64,000 bases of DNA from the NCBI GenBank assembly GCA_038496445.1, contig JALMLS010000271.1, forward strand, positions 62,001-126,000, in the 5' to 3' direction. Shown here in pieces: positions 39,488 to 52,069 of this stretch (position 1 is its first letter; each line of letters starts with the position of its first letter). Origin of the DNA: Trichosphaerium sp. ATCC 40318 (Eukaryota > Protista > Tubulinea). A program made the translations under genes and the position numbers. Under the pieces are notes generated by a model. That model was given only the letters and a program-made list of their open reading frames with translations, was not told the DNA's origin and did no database searches.

Positions 39488-41976
39488 ATGTCGCGACGCG
39501 TTTCTCCTTACCCAATGGTACTATTTTGCTACAATATAGACCATTCACGTGCTAAAACGCTATCCAAGGTTCCAGTTGATGAAGCACTTGCTACAGTGCT
39601 TGCTGAAGCGTCGCCATTGCAAACAGTCGAAATGTCATTGGAAGAGGTGAGTTTTATTCAAACCGAAGCGCGAACAGTATCATGCGCTTTATTAGAATGC
39701 TTGACCATTGTTTCAGATGCTTACAGTAAGTTAGTCTCTTGGTTCTCTTCTGGCAGCTCCAGTGATCGCCAAGGAACCTTTACCGCCGTTTAGAGCTTCC
39801 ATTAAGGACGGTTACGCGGTTGTGGCAGACGTACGCGAAATACAACTGTTTTCTGTTTTTTGCTTTTTAAATGCGTCTCTGTCTTTTTATGTGCTTCTTC
39901 AGCGCGTTTGATCCTATCTTCGGTCACCAACGATTTCTGTTCTTTGACATGTTGACGTTTTTTTGAGAATATGAACTGTCTAAAGTGCCCAATGGCATCA
40001 TTTCTTCTAGAAGATGCTTTTTGGTGCATCGTGTAGCTGTCAATTAGTGAAACTTTTTTTTCTGTTTGCTCTGACTTTGCAACCATGCGTTTGTACCCTT
40101 CCCTATCAAGTAAATCGTACAAACTCTTTGGACGTTCAGACATGACGCTCAAAGTTGGCTCCAGTTGAGTTTTTATGACTACATCACGTAGTGGTTAGCA
40201 ATCTACGCGTTGCGCATTGCCTTTTTGAGGAAAATTGGTGTGAATTTCGTGAAAATTCATTTTTTGTTTGTATTGCCTCTAACATTGTTTGGTTTAGGAT
40301 GGTGCTGGGGACTATCCAGTAGTACAAACAGTACGTTACATAAGTCACAAAAACATTGTTTAAGACTAACTGTCCAAAAGGTTACCGCTGGTGATGTACC
40401 TGATTTTGAACTCAAAAAGGGACAAATATGTAAGATAATGACAGGCGCAGTAAGAACTTTGTTTTGTTTCTTCAATTGCCTAACTTAAAGTGCTGTTAGG
40501 CTGTACCTGAAGGTGCCACTGGTGTAGTTATGGTCGAAAATACTCTCTTAAAGGATGATGGTACAGTAGAAATTTGTAAGGCTGTATCTACTGGTACAGA
40601 TATCAGACAGATTGGTAGCGACATACAGTACGCCATTTTGCTATAGAGTAGGCGATATAACGTATTAGGAAAGGCCAGACTGTTTTAGAAAAGGGAGAGC
40701 GTTTGGGACCTGCTGAGATAGGCCTTCTTGCCACTGTTGGCGCTGCAAAGGTATCTATTTGAGCTAGAGAGTTGGAGATAACAAACGTTTTAGGTTTCTG
40801 TGTTCAAGACGCCCGTAATTGCACTAATTTCTACAGGAGATGAATTACTAGAGCCTCATGAACCTCTTAAACCAGGGTACAATCATTTAAATTGGCGAGT
40901 AGCTGATGAAGTTTAAGTAAAATCCGGGATTCAAATCGCTCAATGTTGAAAGCTCTCATTGCAGCAGTCAACCCAAAAATCGAAGTATTAGATCTAGGTG
41001 TAGCTAGAGACACTCAAGGAGAGTTGGGTACGCATACAACACGTAGTGGGACTACTGAAATATGTTTACTTTTTTTTCCTGTGTTATTTTTTTGCGTAGC
41101 TATTTTGACCCGGTTAGTACTTTTAAATAGTTAACAAGTGTTTTAGAACAAAAGGTTAAACGAGGTCTAGAACAAGCAGATATCGTTATATCCTCTGGAG
41201 GTGTTTCAATGGGAGACTTGGATCTCCTTAAACCGCTACTTGAAGCTGAGGGAAAAGTTCACTTTGGAAGAGTCTTAATGAAGCCTGGTAAACCGACTAC
41301 ATTCGCTACAGTAACCATAAACGACAAAAAACGACTTGGTACGCCATCCAAAACGCGCGTAGTGATTTTACTACTAACGTCTACGCGATGTTTTAAAAGA
41401 GCGCCAGACTTGTTCGACTTTGTAGGCTGAGCTACAGTTCGGGTTCTAACTCATTTTTGTAGTATTTGCACTGCCTGGTAATCCAGTTTCAAGTTATGTC
41501 GCTTTTTGCTTGTTTGGCATACCTGCAATAAAAAGAATGTCTGGTTACACAAACGCGAACCTGCCTTGCGTTCAAGCAAAGGTACTTAAGTTTAAATGTA
41601 TCTGCATTAAGTCATGACTTTCACTTAGCTTGCACAACGTCTTAAACTTGATCCTGTCAGACCTGAGTATCATCGTGTTTCTTTATCTTGGGATTTTAAA
41701 GACAGCTGTTTCACAGCAACTACAACAGGTTCGTTTATTTATTCTCATTTTTTTCTTGGTTTTTTCCTTGCAAAGCTAAGATGTTGTAGGAAGCCAAGCA
41801 AGTAGTCGTCTACTAAGTATGAGGACTGCAAATGCGCTTTGTCTACTACCAAAGCAATCAGGATTCTATGAGAAAGGTACATCAGTTCCAAAGCTTTTTT
41901 TGTAAATAATCACGTGACTTACAATTTGGACGTAGGCCAGATTGTTACAGCTTATCTCATAGGTGAGATGGTATAA
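39488..41976 (+). CDS. Molybdopterin molybdenumtransferase, stand-alone MoeA / gephyrin E domain
   Basis: RVSPYPM|VPVDEAL, LPPFRASIKDGYAV, KIMTGA|AVPEGA, STGDEL, RDSNRSML, SSGGVSMGDLD, MKPGKPTTFA, FALPGNPVS, RPEYHR, QASSRLLSM; no G/MogA domain seen at either end. Confidence 0.93.
39802..40143 (-). CDS. Small basic hypothetical protein nested antisense in a MoeA intron
   Basis: 113-codon open frame from MSERPKSLYDLL, filling an unusually long (about 467-nt) intron at 39832-40298 and overlapping the neighbouring exon by about 30 nt. Confidence 0.55.
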   Translation of the reverse strand: MSERPKSLYDLLDREGYKRMVAKSEQTEKKVSLIDSYTMHQKASSRRNDAIGHFRQFIFSKKRQHVKEQKSLVTEDRIKRAEEAHKKTETHLKSKKQKTVVFRVRLPQPRNRP

Positions 41977-42510
41977 ATAAAAAAAAATATAAGTACTGTA
42001 GCCCAGGTTTATCAAATAAGTTATTTTTTTCGTATTATTTGAAGAAAGCGCACGGTTCATGTAAAAAGACCACATGAGTGTTGTAGTTGCATAGTGCAGG
42101 CACGTCAAGCCACTAACTACTCTGTGATATTGTAACATGAAGATATCTTTACGTAATGCTCCGAGTTGAGACTCTGTGGTTCTGAGACTCCGAGAAACAT
42201 ATAGTGGGAATATAGACTTAGCGCCACACGTCTGTTAATGTAGCGGTTGAAGTATTTGCTAGCCATTTATTTTGATCTATACAAGACGTAGACGTCATCC
42301 AAACGTCGTACAATCGCTAGATATCTGAGCATGTGAATATTCTCTCGACAATTTAGCGAACTCGGGTAGACATTTGACAAAGTTTGCTGTTATGGTACTA
42401 ATAAATCGTTCAAATGTTTTGAGAGAAGTCTCCTCCAACATTATTAAAATTCGCATACTAGTATAAGGCATTTCTGAAGTTTTTTTTATTATTTACAGCT
42501 GAAGTTTCAT

Positions 42511-43520
42511 CTACAACAGTCCCCAACTATTTCTTTGTACAAATACTATACTTGACATCATACACTTTAATCTGTCATTCTCGTATTCAAGCTGTTCACA
42601 ACGTTTTACTAATTGCTGTAAGTCAATCATATCTTCATTTCCTAGAAAAAAGAATTGATACAAAACAGATTAATGAGGTAAATGAACGCACTTGGATTTA
42701 CACTGTTATCGCAAACAGGTGGATACGCCTCGAAAAACTGAACTTGGTTGTTGATGGTAGAGTCATTTGTTGAGAAATCGATTGGGCTTTGTATTTCTGA
42801 TGTTTGGAATGTTGTATTGTTGTTATCCAATTCAGGATCAAACCAAATTGTATCACACGCATCAGAGGTGTCCATATTATCAACATGATGTATATATTCG
42901 TTATTGGTAGACTCAACCACATGCGAAAAACCTAGGGAGCAATGAGAACGTGCGCTCATGCTACAACAAAAGCCGCTAAGGAAACTATAAACGACCAACG
43001 TTTTCGTGCCTGTTACTTTGTACTGGCATACATCCGAATAATATGAAGGATAATACGGTTTATCCATGTCAGGTGCTCGTGGATGGAATATAACAAACTC
43101 ATACATCCTTACTTGACCAAACATACAGCTCTTGAAACTCCGTCTTTTTTTCTAAACAAACGATTTTCAGTTAATCGTAATAATCTGGTAGTTTACTAAC
43201 TTACCCTTAAAGTTGATCGTATACAATAATCATAAGCGTTTCTTATTACTGATGTCTTATTCTTTCCATACTTTAAAAATGATTCAACACTTTGATTGTC
43301 GAGATAAACAAGCCATCCTGGCATTGTCTCACCATTATTAAAATACACCTATTAAAAAAATCTCGATCAGTTTCATAGATACGAATAAAAATCCTACAAG
43401 AGCTCAACTATATTCATACGTACATTACATGGTCTCGAAAGAGATACATTTTGTAGGCAAATAGTGAGGAAGTGTTGTAATAGAGTCATGGTTTTGGGAT
43501 TTTTAACTACTACAATTCCT
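42511..43520 (-). pseudogene. Family X, copy 2 (5' part missing)
   Basis: Near-identical to 26238-27280 (DTSDACDTIWFDPELDNNN etc.); similarity stops near 43560. Confidence 0.6.
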
Positions 43521-44139
43521 AAAAAGAATACTCCACAAATGTTGACGTAATTAACACGTGATATCTTGTATAATGATGTATAATATGTTTTTACAACGTA
43601 CGAAAGAATAATTGAGAGCCCTTTAACAAAAGGCACCCTGTACTGCCAAAAAAGCTGACGGAAGATGCTTTCAACGTGAAAACGTGTAATGACAGAACAA
43701 ATAAAGTTGTACGTATGTATGCGTTCAAATAATTTAACAACATTGGTAAAAACAGATAGCGTTATCATACGTCAAACACAATATAGAAAAGTAGGAAATA
43801 ATCTAGTGCAACGGGAGTGATATCTGACCAAGTTATTACGTCATGTACTAACTGTTTATTGATGCTCACAATCCCTACGCCCTTAATAAGAAGTCATACC
43901 TAATAATCGGAGGGGTAAATAGTGCCGAAGGTACTGTAAACGCTGCCCGAAGTAATAAGCGTTAAACTCTTTGTTAGAGGTAGCTGTGGTACTATCCCGG
44001 CGTATTAGAGCGCAAAAATTAACAGGGGGAGTCATTGAACTGAAATCATGCTGCAGAATTTGTTTGCTAAAATTACGGAAAAAGTCAACAGTTTTCCAAA
44101 AAAATAATCACGTGAAAAGTACGAATAAAACGTGTTACC

Positions 44140-45078
44140 ATGAACCGCACAGAATACAATAAAAAACCGTTTAAATCGGCGTCTGATACATTGAATAGAA
44201 GGTAAGCGCATCTGGTGATTGTATTGCTCTAAAGAGTTGTAGTGCTCAAAAAACGTTATTGGACATGCCTATTGAGATTCTGGCGAAAATTGTAAGTCAT
44301 TTGCGGCTTGTCAAACATGTCGTATCCTTTCTTCTATCATTCATGGCATTGTTGGGTACCGTAGTATACGTATAAAAACAGAAGAACAAGCAAAACAAGT
44401 TGTCAAACATAAAGGAATCATTAAGCACACAAAAATCAAGATAGAGTTTGATAACCAATGAGTTTCCTTCTGACAAGATTCTGGAACAATTCGCAGGAGT
44501 TCATACAATTTATCTTACATGGTCAAGTGTGACTGATGAAGGAGTCAAAGCACTCACTGGTGTTCATACTATTGACCTTTCTTACACGGATGTGACAGAT
44601 GAAGCTGTCAAAACACTTGCTGGCGTTCATACTATTGACCTTTCTTGCACTGATGTGACAGATGAAGCAATTAAAAGTCTTGTAGGTGTACACTATTATC
44701 CTCCGTTGTTGTAAGAATATTACTGTTGAAGGAATTAGAGCAGTCAAAGATGTACATAAGATTTGGCTCACTTACCCAAAAGAAGACTCATGGCTCAAAC
44801 ACCTTTGCAATGTACACTCTGTTACTATTGGTTATGGGACTACTGTAACAAATGATGGTTTCAGAGCATTGATTAATGTCAAATGCCTTGAGCTTTACCA
44901 TTGTGTCACAATAACTGACCTGGCTTTTGAGACATTGGTCAATCTTGAGCAACTCAAACTGATTAGACTTGGCAATATTACCAATGGTTGTTTGAAATAC
45001 TTAAAGTCTTTAACACGTTTAATATCTGTGGGGTGTACTGGTATTACAAAAGAGGTTGTTGAGTCCTTTTGGTATTAA
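44140..45078 (+). pseudogene. F-box/LRR pseudogene, paralogue of 52070-53333
   Basis: Same short first exon and intron, LLDMPIEIL F-box; a deletion after the F-box and a frameshift near 44693; only about 3 core LRRs. Confidence 0.75.
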
Positions 45079-45849
45079 ATATGTACAGTTAAGTATGGTT
45101 GGAGATCCAGAGGATGCTATTGCGATAGATGCAGTGTGTGAGGATGTGGATGAGAAAGAGATAGCAATGTTTTGATGTTCACAAAGAAAAAAAAAGTTAA
45201 GTCCGAAAAAAAAGTGTATATATTAATTTTATTCGCATAACTTATCTATTGACCCAGTAAGTTATTCGATAAAAAAGACTATTGATAATCTCATTTCGAG
45301 CCTGCATTTGATAGTCACTATTATAAAGAAGTCTAGTTTACAGCTACGCCAAAAGGCGGTGGTCCAAGCCCACTTTCTTATATGATCACTTAGTACATTG
45401 TAGCAACACATACAGTTTTTTTTTCACCTTCTAGTGTCCGTCATGTAAATATGAGGCAAGAAAATGGTTTGGGTAAAGAGTTTGCTTAAAATAAAACTTG
45501 TTAAGAAGTACTGCTGTATACTACACTGTATTAATACGATACTCTAATTACATAGTAGTAAGTAATTGGGTAACAGGAAATAAAACAATCATTTCGAATT
45601 TGCCTGACACACAAACAAGAATTGTCTAAAGAATTTATATTAACTGGTTTGTATGCCATTAACAACAAAAAAACGATGCCCTTTGTGTATGCCTGACAGA
45701 TCGGCAGACCTTGTGTATATTGTTGTACAAAAGTCCCCGTTAATACAAACTGTAATGAGATGTAAACAATGAGTTGCCGATAGTGATAAATAAACGCTTC
45801 ACGCATGTGAAAGTTTGTACTGATACTGTTTTAAGTTTTATTGTTGATG

Positions 45850-47496
45850 TCAACACCTGAGAGTATTATACTGGCGTCAGGGACCACCGCCAGGGCATGT
45901 AAACATAGTTAGAAAGTTCTCACTAAGCATCACAATGGGAACTGTTATCCTACAAGCAAATACAATGCCTAACGAGCAGGTTAGGTTTTTGTTTGTAACA
46001 GTAATTTGACTTCGTCTTATCGTAGAGATAACTGCGTTCCAGAAAAGTTGAAAAGAATGTGGAAAATATTAAGGGTAATTTGTGAACATTTTACAACACA
46101 ACAGCATCAAGTTCTGAGTTCGCTAGAACTCTTACAAAACTGGCAAAGCTGTGTATTTCTTCGTTTTCTGTCCAAAAGTTGACTCGGACAATTACAAAGG
46201 AGAATCTCCGATTATTTTATAATGGCTAGAAGTGCTACCAAACCTGAATACAAATGATACTGAGTATTTAAACGGTTGGTTGGTATCTTCCGTCTACTTT
46301 TTTTTAGCGGGTGTCCACGTTTTTTTTGCGGTCACGTTTTTTTTTCCTTTATGCTTGTTTTGTACCTTGCGTTAACTAGCTATATTATCATTTCAAGTGT
46401 TCACATGTTATTACGTCCGACATTTGCGTGTGATTACGTCCGACATTTGTGGGAGTCATCCTTTTTTTAGGAGTGTTGTTATCGTTACTTAAAAATCCCA
46501 AAGCCATGACTCTATTACAACACTTCCTCACTATTTGTCTACAAAATGTATCTCTTTCAAGACCATGTAATGTACGTAAGAAAGTAGATGAGTTCTTGTA
46601 GGATTAGAAATGTAGAAATGTCGTAATTAAATTCATTGAGTATTTTTTTGTAGGTGTATTTTAATAATGGCGAGACATGCCAGGATGGCTTGTTTATCTC
46701 GACAATCAAAGTGTTGAATCATTTTTAAATTATGGAAAGAATAAGACATCAGTAATAAGAAACGCTTACGATTATTGTATACGATCTACTTTAAGGGTAA
46801 GTTTGTAAAAGAGCTAGTTACGAAAAACTGAAAATCCTTGTTTAGAAAAAAAGACGGAAATTCAAGAGCTGTATGTTTGGTCAAGTAAGGATGTATGAGT
46901 TTGTTATATTCCATCCGCGAGCGCCTGACATGGATAAGCCGTATTGTCCTTCAGATTATTCGGATGTATGCCAACACAAAGCAACAGGTATGAATAAGTT
47001 AATTATTCGATAAGTTTTTATTTGAGATCTTTTTTGTTGTTGCTGTAACTTACTCACGTTCTCACTTTGCCCTAGGCTTTTCGCATGTAGTTGAGTCTAC
47101 CAATAACAAATATATATATCATGTAGATAATATGGACACCTCTGATGCGTGTGATACAATTTGGTTTGATCCTGAATTGGATAACAACAATACAACATTC
47201 CAAACATCAGAAATACAAAGCCCGACCGATTTCTCAACAAATGACTCTACCATCAACAACCAAAATCTATTTTTCGACGCATATCCACCTGTTTGCGATT
47301 ACAGTGTAAATCCAAGTGCGTTCATTTACCTCATTAATCTGTTTTGTATCAATTCTTTGTTCTAGGAAGTGAAGATATGATTGACTTACAGCAATTAGCA
47401 AAACGTTGTGAACAGCTTGAATACGAGAATGACAGATTAAAGTGTATGATGTCAAGTATGGCGCTTGCTGAAGGAAATGGTTGGGAATTGTTGTAG
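45850..47496 (+). pseudogene. Family X, copy 3
   Basis: Inverted paralogue of copy 1; in-frame TAA near 46220 and a 1-bp deletion near 46676. Start approximate. Confidence 0.6.
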
Positions 47497-48247
47497 ATGA
47501 AACTAGATGAAACTTGTGTGGATGATTTTGTATTTTTTGCTGCTGTAGCCCTTTTTCCACATTAATTTCGTATTAAATTTGACACTACAAGCGTTGCTTT
47601 TTTTGACTTAGATGCGCGTGTGACCCTCTGTTTTCTCCATTTTTGTAAACACCTTATACGCTTTACTTCAAGTAAAGAGTTTTCTATATTTTGGAGGCAA
47701 TTTGTGAGGTAGCACGTGATAAACGCACAGTAAATCACATGTTTGATATTTGGTAGGTTTCAACTATTTAGTTGAGCGTAGAAACAACTGCCGAGCTACA
47801 TTACAGTGTGTTTTGAAGTGTCAAATGTTAATACGAAATTAACGGAGTTCATACATACAGGGAAAAACTCTTCTTAGTATTAGACGTTGCTTTTGGTTTT
47901 TACAGTCCATTCGATAAAGAAGCACTTTCTTTTTTTAGCAATTACCAATGGCTGCACTGATGATGATTTCTGTAAATTTCTAGATCAGTGTACTGCGTTG
48001 TTAGAAATCAGCAAATTATATTAGAGATGTTACAAGGAAAGTGATGCTTGTGACTCATATATATCAAGGCGCTATGCCTCCAGATAAACATGAGGAGTTA
48101 TTCTATGGTTGGGAAGTCGTTGCTAGTATTAGAGAAGTATGTTTTCTGGTGTTCACCATGGACACACAGGGACCTTAAAGAAAGAAAGAATAATCAAGGG
48201 GTGTTACTCCAAGAAAATTTCCGTTCTCTTTTCAGTTTGTGGCCACC

Positions 48248-48620
48248 TTAACTTGTACTTTGTTCTTTACTACAAATGTAATTGTATTGCTTCAACAGAG
48301 TGCTAATCATCTTCCATGTTATGTGTTTTCCATGTAGCTTTCCGTTGACGTAATAACAATGCTTCATTTGACCGTTTGTAGTCAGCAGTAGACACTCTAA
48401 TTGCAACTGTCCATTGTCATACCACACTTTGTACATATAGTTGCCATTGATGCGATGGCAACGTTTCTTCAATTTACCGTTGTCATACCATGTCTTGTAT
48501 TCTCCTTCAAGTGTACCATTAGCATAGTGACATTGTGTTTTTTGGACTTTATCTTAGTTTTGTTTTCCCTGCAACCAATATACTCTTCTCGCTTTTCTTT
48601 CTCTCCTATCTGTATCCCTT
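48248..48620 (-). pseudogene. Decayed MORN-variant repeat gene
   Basis: Remnants YKVWYDNGQL and YYVNGKLHGKH across shifted frames. Confidence 0.65.
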
Positions 48621-48800
48621 CTTCACGTTTAAAATCCGCTTAGTAGCACTTCTTTGAAGTCAGATATTGACAAAATGTAAAGGAGCTCCTATCATTTACA
48701 AAAACTGGCCCAGGTATGTTCTAAAAACTATGAGGGCGGCTATGTCACATATTTACTACACAAAAATGTTGATAGTAACTCGTCTACAACTTGTTTGAAC

Positions 48801-48898
48801 TAACGCCCTTCCGTTATGAATACAAGCAATATTTTTTTAGTCGTGAATATTTGTGAATGTAGGCTTTCAAATTATTCATTCATAACGGAAGGGCGTTA
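48801..48898. mobile_element. 98-bp MITE with 21-bp perfect TIRs and 8-bp TSD
   Basis: TAACGCCCTTCCGTTATGAAT ... ATTCATAACGGAAGGGCGTTA, flanked by GTTTGAAC at 48793-48800 and 48899-48906. Confidence 0.85.
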
Positions 48899-49132
48899 GT
48901 TTGAACTGTCCTTTTTGCGTGTATTGACGCAGCTTCTGAGAGCTAGTCATCTATTTATAAACTATCACGTGAACAAGGTAATCTTTTCCAATGGAACTTG
49001 AATGTGAACTTCAAAACATTAACAGAAAAATGGAGACAAATGACACAATGTGAACGTAAATGTCACTTCTCAATGAAGGTGTTTTTTCATTGTGTATTTG
49101 AAGTAGTTTCTATTACGTGTAACAACACTCAA

Positions 49133-51074
49133 ATGAATACAACACCTTTATTATTCCTCGTCCTATCCTGTTTATTTGCGTATACGCTCTCTCAAGATAA
49201 TAACGCATTTGTAATTAAAGATGAACTGGAAACAGGGTTTGAAATACGATCAATGGCTGATCCAACAATGGTTCTGCAAGGTACTAGACATTTTAGCAAA
49301 GCGTCAAAAACAAGCTGTGTCAGAGTATTTAATTCTTACATACATTTTTTAGCATGTGACCACGTGGGTGTGTTCCGTTTAGCGGCGTATTTGCAATCCA
49401 CGCATACTATTTATAATCACATTTTCACCGTATGCATTAATACAGGTAGATCCACACACGTGCGAAGTAAAGGTACGCTTCCTTAGGAGGGTAAGAAGGT
49501 TAATTTGATTTTCTTTTCAGAATACTTGTTTAGTTCCGTTTGCAGGTGTTGCTGTGAATAGGGCAACACAAGTATTATATGGCCTTACAGGAGATGGTAG
49601 TATTGCCGTGATAGATCCAACAGATTGCTCATTCGTTCCTGTTTGTCAAGTGGATAGAGGTGCTATTGGGCTTGCAGTACGCAATAGTACGTTTATACAA
49701 AAACCTATTTCAATCAATGTAATTCACGTTATTATTTAGTGGAGATAATCGGTGATACATTGTACATTTCTGGGAGTGGTAATAAACTAGGTATAGCACC
49801 ACTAACAGGACCTATGGCTTGTGTCCTTACTGAAATAGTGGACGACCCTGGCTTCTCTTTTTTAGGAGGTACACACTTTTCGTTGTCTTTTTGTGCTTAC
49901 TATTCGTTACCTAGACCTTACTGCAGTATCAGATAATCAAATTATTATTGTTTCTCAAAATAGCTACTTTGCTTTAGACGTTGGAACATCAACGACAACT
50001 CAATTTACAACATCGTTACCTCTAAATGGAGGTGGCATTTCTGCACTATTTTTTGATGGAACTATGACACCGCCGCCACCAGATGATACAACAATGCCTC
50101 CTGTCATGCCAACACAACCTCCAACAATAGCGCCTCAGCGTGGTGTGATTGATGCTTTTATCACATCAAAAGGAGAAGGAATACCAGGATTTGATTATCG
50201 CTTGATTTCAGACACAACCACAATTCTAGGATGTACGAATACTTTTCAATTGCCATCCGCCCAACTAATGATCTATTAATAGCATGTGATAATCCTGAAT
50301 TTGAAATGGATCCATACGCATTGATTTACAATAATGTACTTGATAGAATCTTGTACATTCCTGCTGGTGATATCCAAAAGATATTCTCAGTCAATCCTTA
50401 CACGTGTGAAATTGTACGTTGTATTAACTATTACTGTGAACTAATTTTAAAGGATAAAATATGTGCCATCAGTACTAGAATGGTTTTGGTTATAGATAAA
50501 GAGAGTGGAAGAATATTCGCACTGGGTCAACGAGCTGTTATTTATGAAGTTAATTTTGAAAGTTGTAAATATACTCCTATTTGTGTCTTGGATGATATAA
50601 ATACCTTTGGTGGCACGTGTATTTAAAAACCAATCACAAATGTGTTAGTTACTAATATACTTTATTGTAACAGGAGAAATGATTGATGGTACTCTATACG
50701 TTGGTAGTAATGGTTTGCCTATGGCTGTTCTGCCTAACTTTCTGTCCGGATCATGTGATCCATCTTCACGATCAATTGATACTGGTGATTGCTTTATTAG
50801 TAGTGCGCTGTTCACATACATTGTGTAGTGTAGTGTATAACTTACAATTTATTCAGGTTTAACATCAATATCATCAAGTACATTGGTTGCTGCTTGTTTT
50901 GGTGGAACTTACATCTCTATTGACACCACCACTGATACTGTAACTGCCATTGATGTTGATGCAACAACCTTTAGTATATCTGCATTTAATTACAATCCAC
51001 CACCTCCACCTGTAGCACCAGCATTTGTTGATAGAGAACGGTGTGTAAGGCGATTGTCACAATCAATAGTATAA
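49133..51074 (+). pseudogene. Secreted tandem-domain family, copy H (mosaic of B- and G-like segments; 2-bp frameshift in exon 2)
   Basis: Complete exon set ending PAFVDRERCVRRLSQSIV*; CATACTATTT versus AATACACTATTT in copy B shifts the frame near 49405 (real or sequencing error). Confidence 0.75.
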
Positions 51075-52069
51075 TACATGTAAACAACAACTGTAAGGCG
51101 ATTACCACAATCGCGTATTATTATGTATGTTAATTTGCCATCACTCCGCTAGTACGTTGTGTAAATTAAAGACACTATACTATTATTTGTCACTTATCTG
51201 TCAAGTCGATCAAACTAATGTCGTGTACATCAACAAGTTGTTTGAGCCATGATTTTGGTAAATAAAGACTAATCTCTCGTGAAAGTCTTTGAGTGCTTTG
51301 ATGCCTTCAACTATAATATTATGGCAGTATTGGTCAGTTGTGTGTACACCAACAAGATTTTGGAGTCCTTTATCTGTCACTGATGTGCAACAAAGGACAT
51401 CAATAGCTCAACATAAAATTTGATGAATTTGTGCACGTGATTTAAAAAACTGATTTAAATTAAAAAAGCAACCGCATTTATTTTACAAGTTTTAGTACGG
51501 GTAACATGGCTCCACCATCAGTTACTGTTTTAACTTGTTCTTTCAGCTCGCAGCGTATTTGATCTTCTATTACTTTGCCGTCAATAAATTGAATTTATTT
51601 GCACTTGCTGCCATTTGTTTACCACAGTATCGCCTCCAGAGATACTTTGAGCGATTTTGGAATTAATCTTTACGGTTTTTCCCTTTGATACGTCTAATGG
51701 CGCTATGATCGTCAGTACTAGCATGTGGCAGCGTAGTATGTTAACCAACGAAGGAATTTGTACTTTTTGGTTAGTTCGCCTCCTTTGGCGCTTCGTTGGT
51801 GCGTGTAGTATTTACAAGCGCGCTTTGTAAGGGTGCGAAGGTTGGATACATGGAAACTGGTAAACTATTTATTTAAGTAACGCAGTTAAGTACAGAGCAT
51901 TCACTTACTTAAAATACTGCTTTCGTCTTGTTTTATGAAAAAAAGGTACAGAGCTCCACGTGATTTCTTTCAAAAAATAACAATGTAATCCAGTTTCGTT
52001 TCAACAAAAAAAAAAGTGGTTGATGGTTTGAGAGTCAACAGCTATTCCGCACTAAGTACACGTGGCGCT

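Noticed and set aside
8283-41976. Functional link between the gephyrin E domain and the pLGIC (receptor clustering as in animals)
   Set aside because: They are about 29 kb apart with unrelated genes between, and the channel has almost no M3-M4 loop, which is the gephyrin-binding region; co-location is probably chance.
48917-48948. Helitron 3' end (hairpin TGCGT...ACGCA then CTAG)
   Set aside because: There is no 5' TC at the inferred insertion boundary, and the junction does not match the empty site cleanly.
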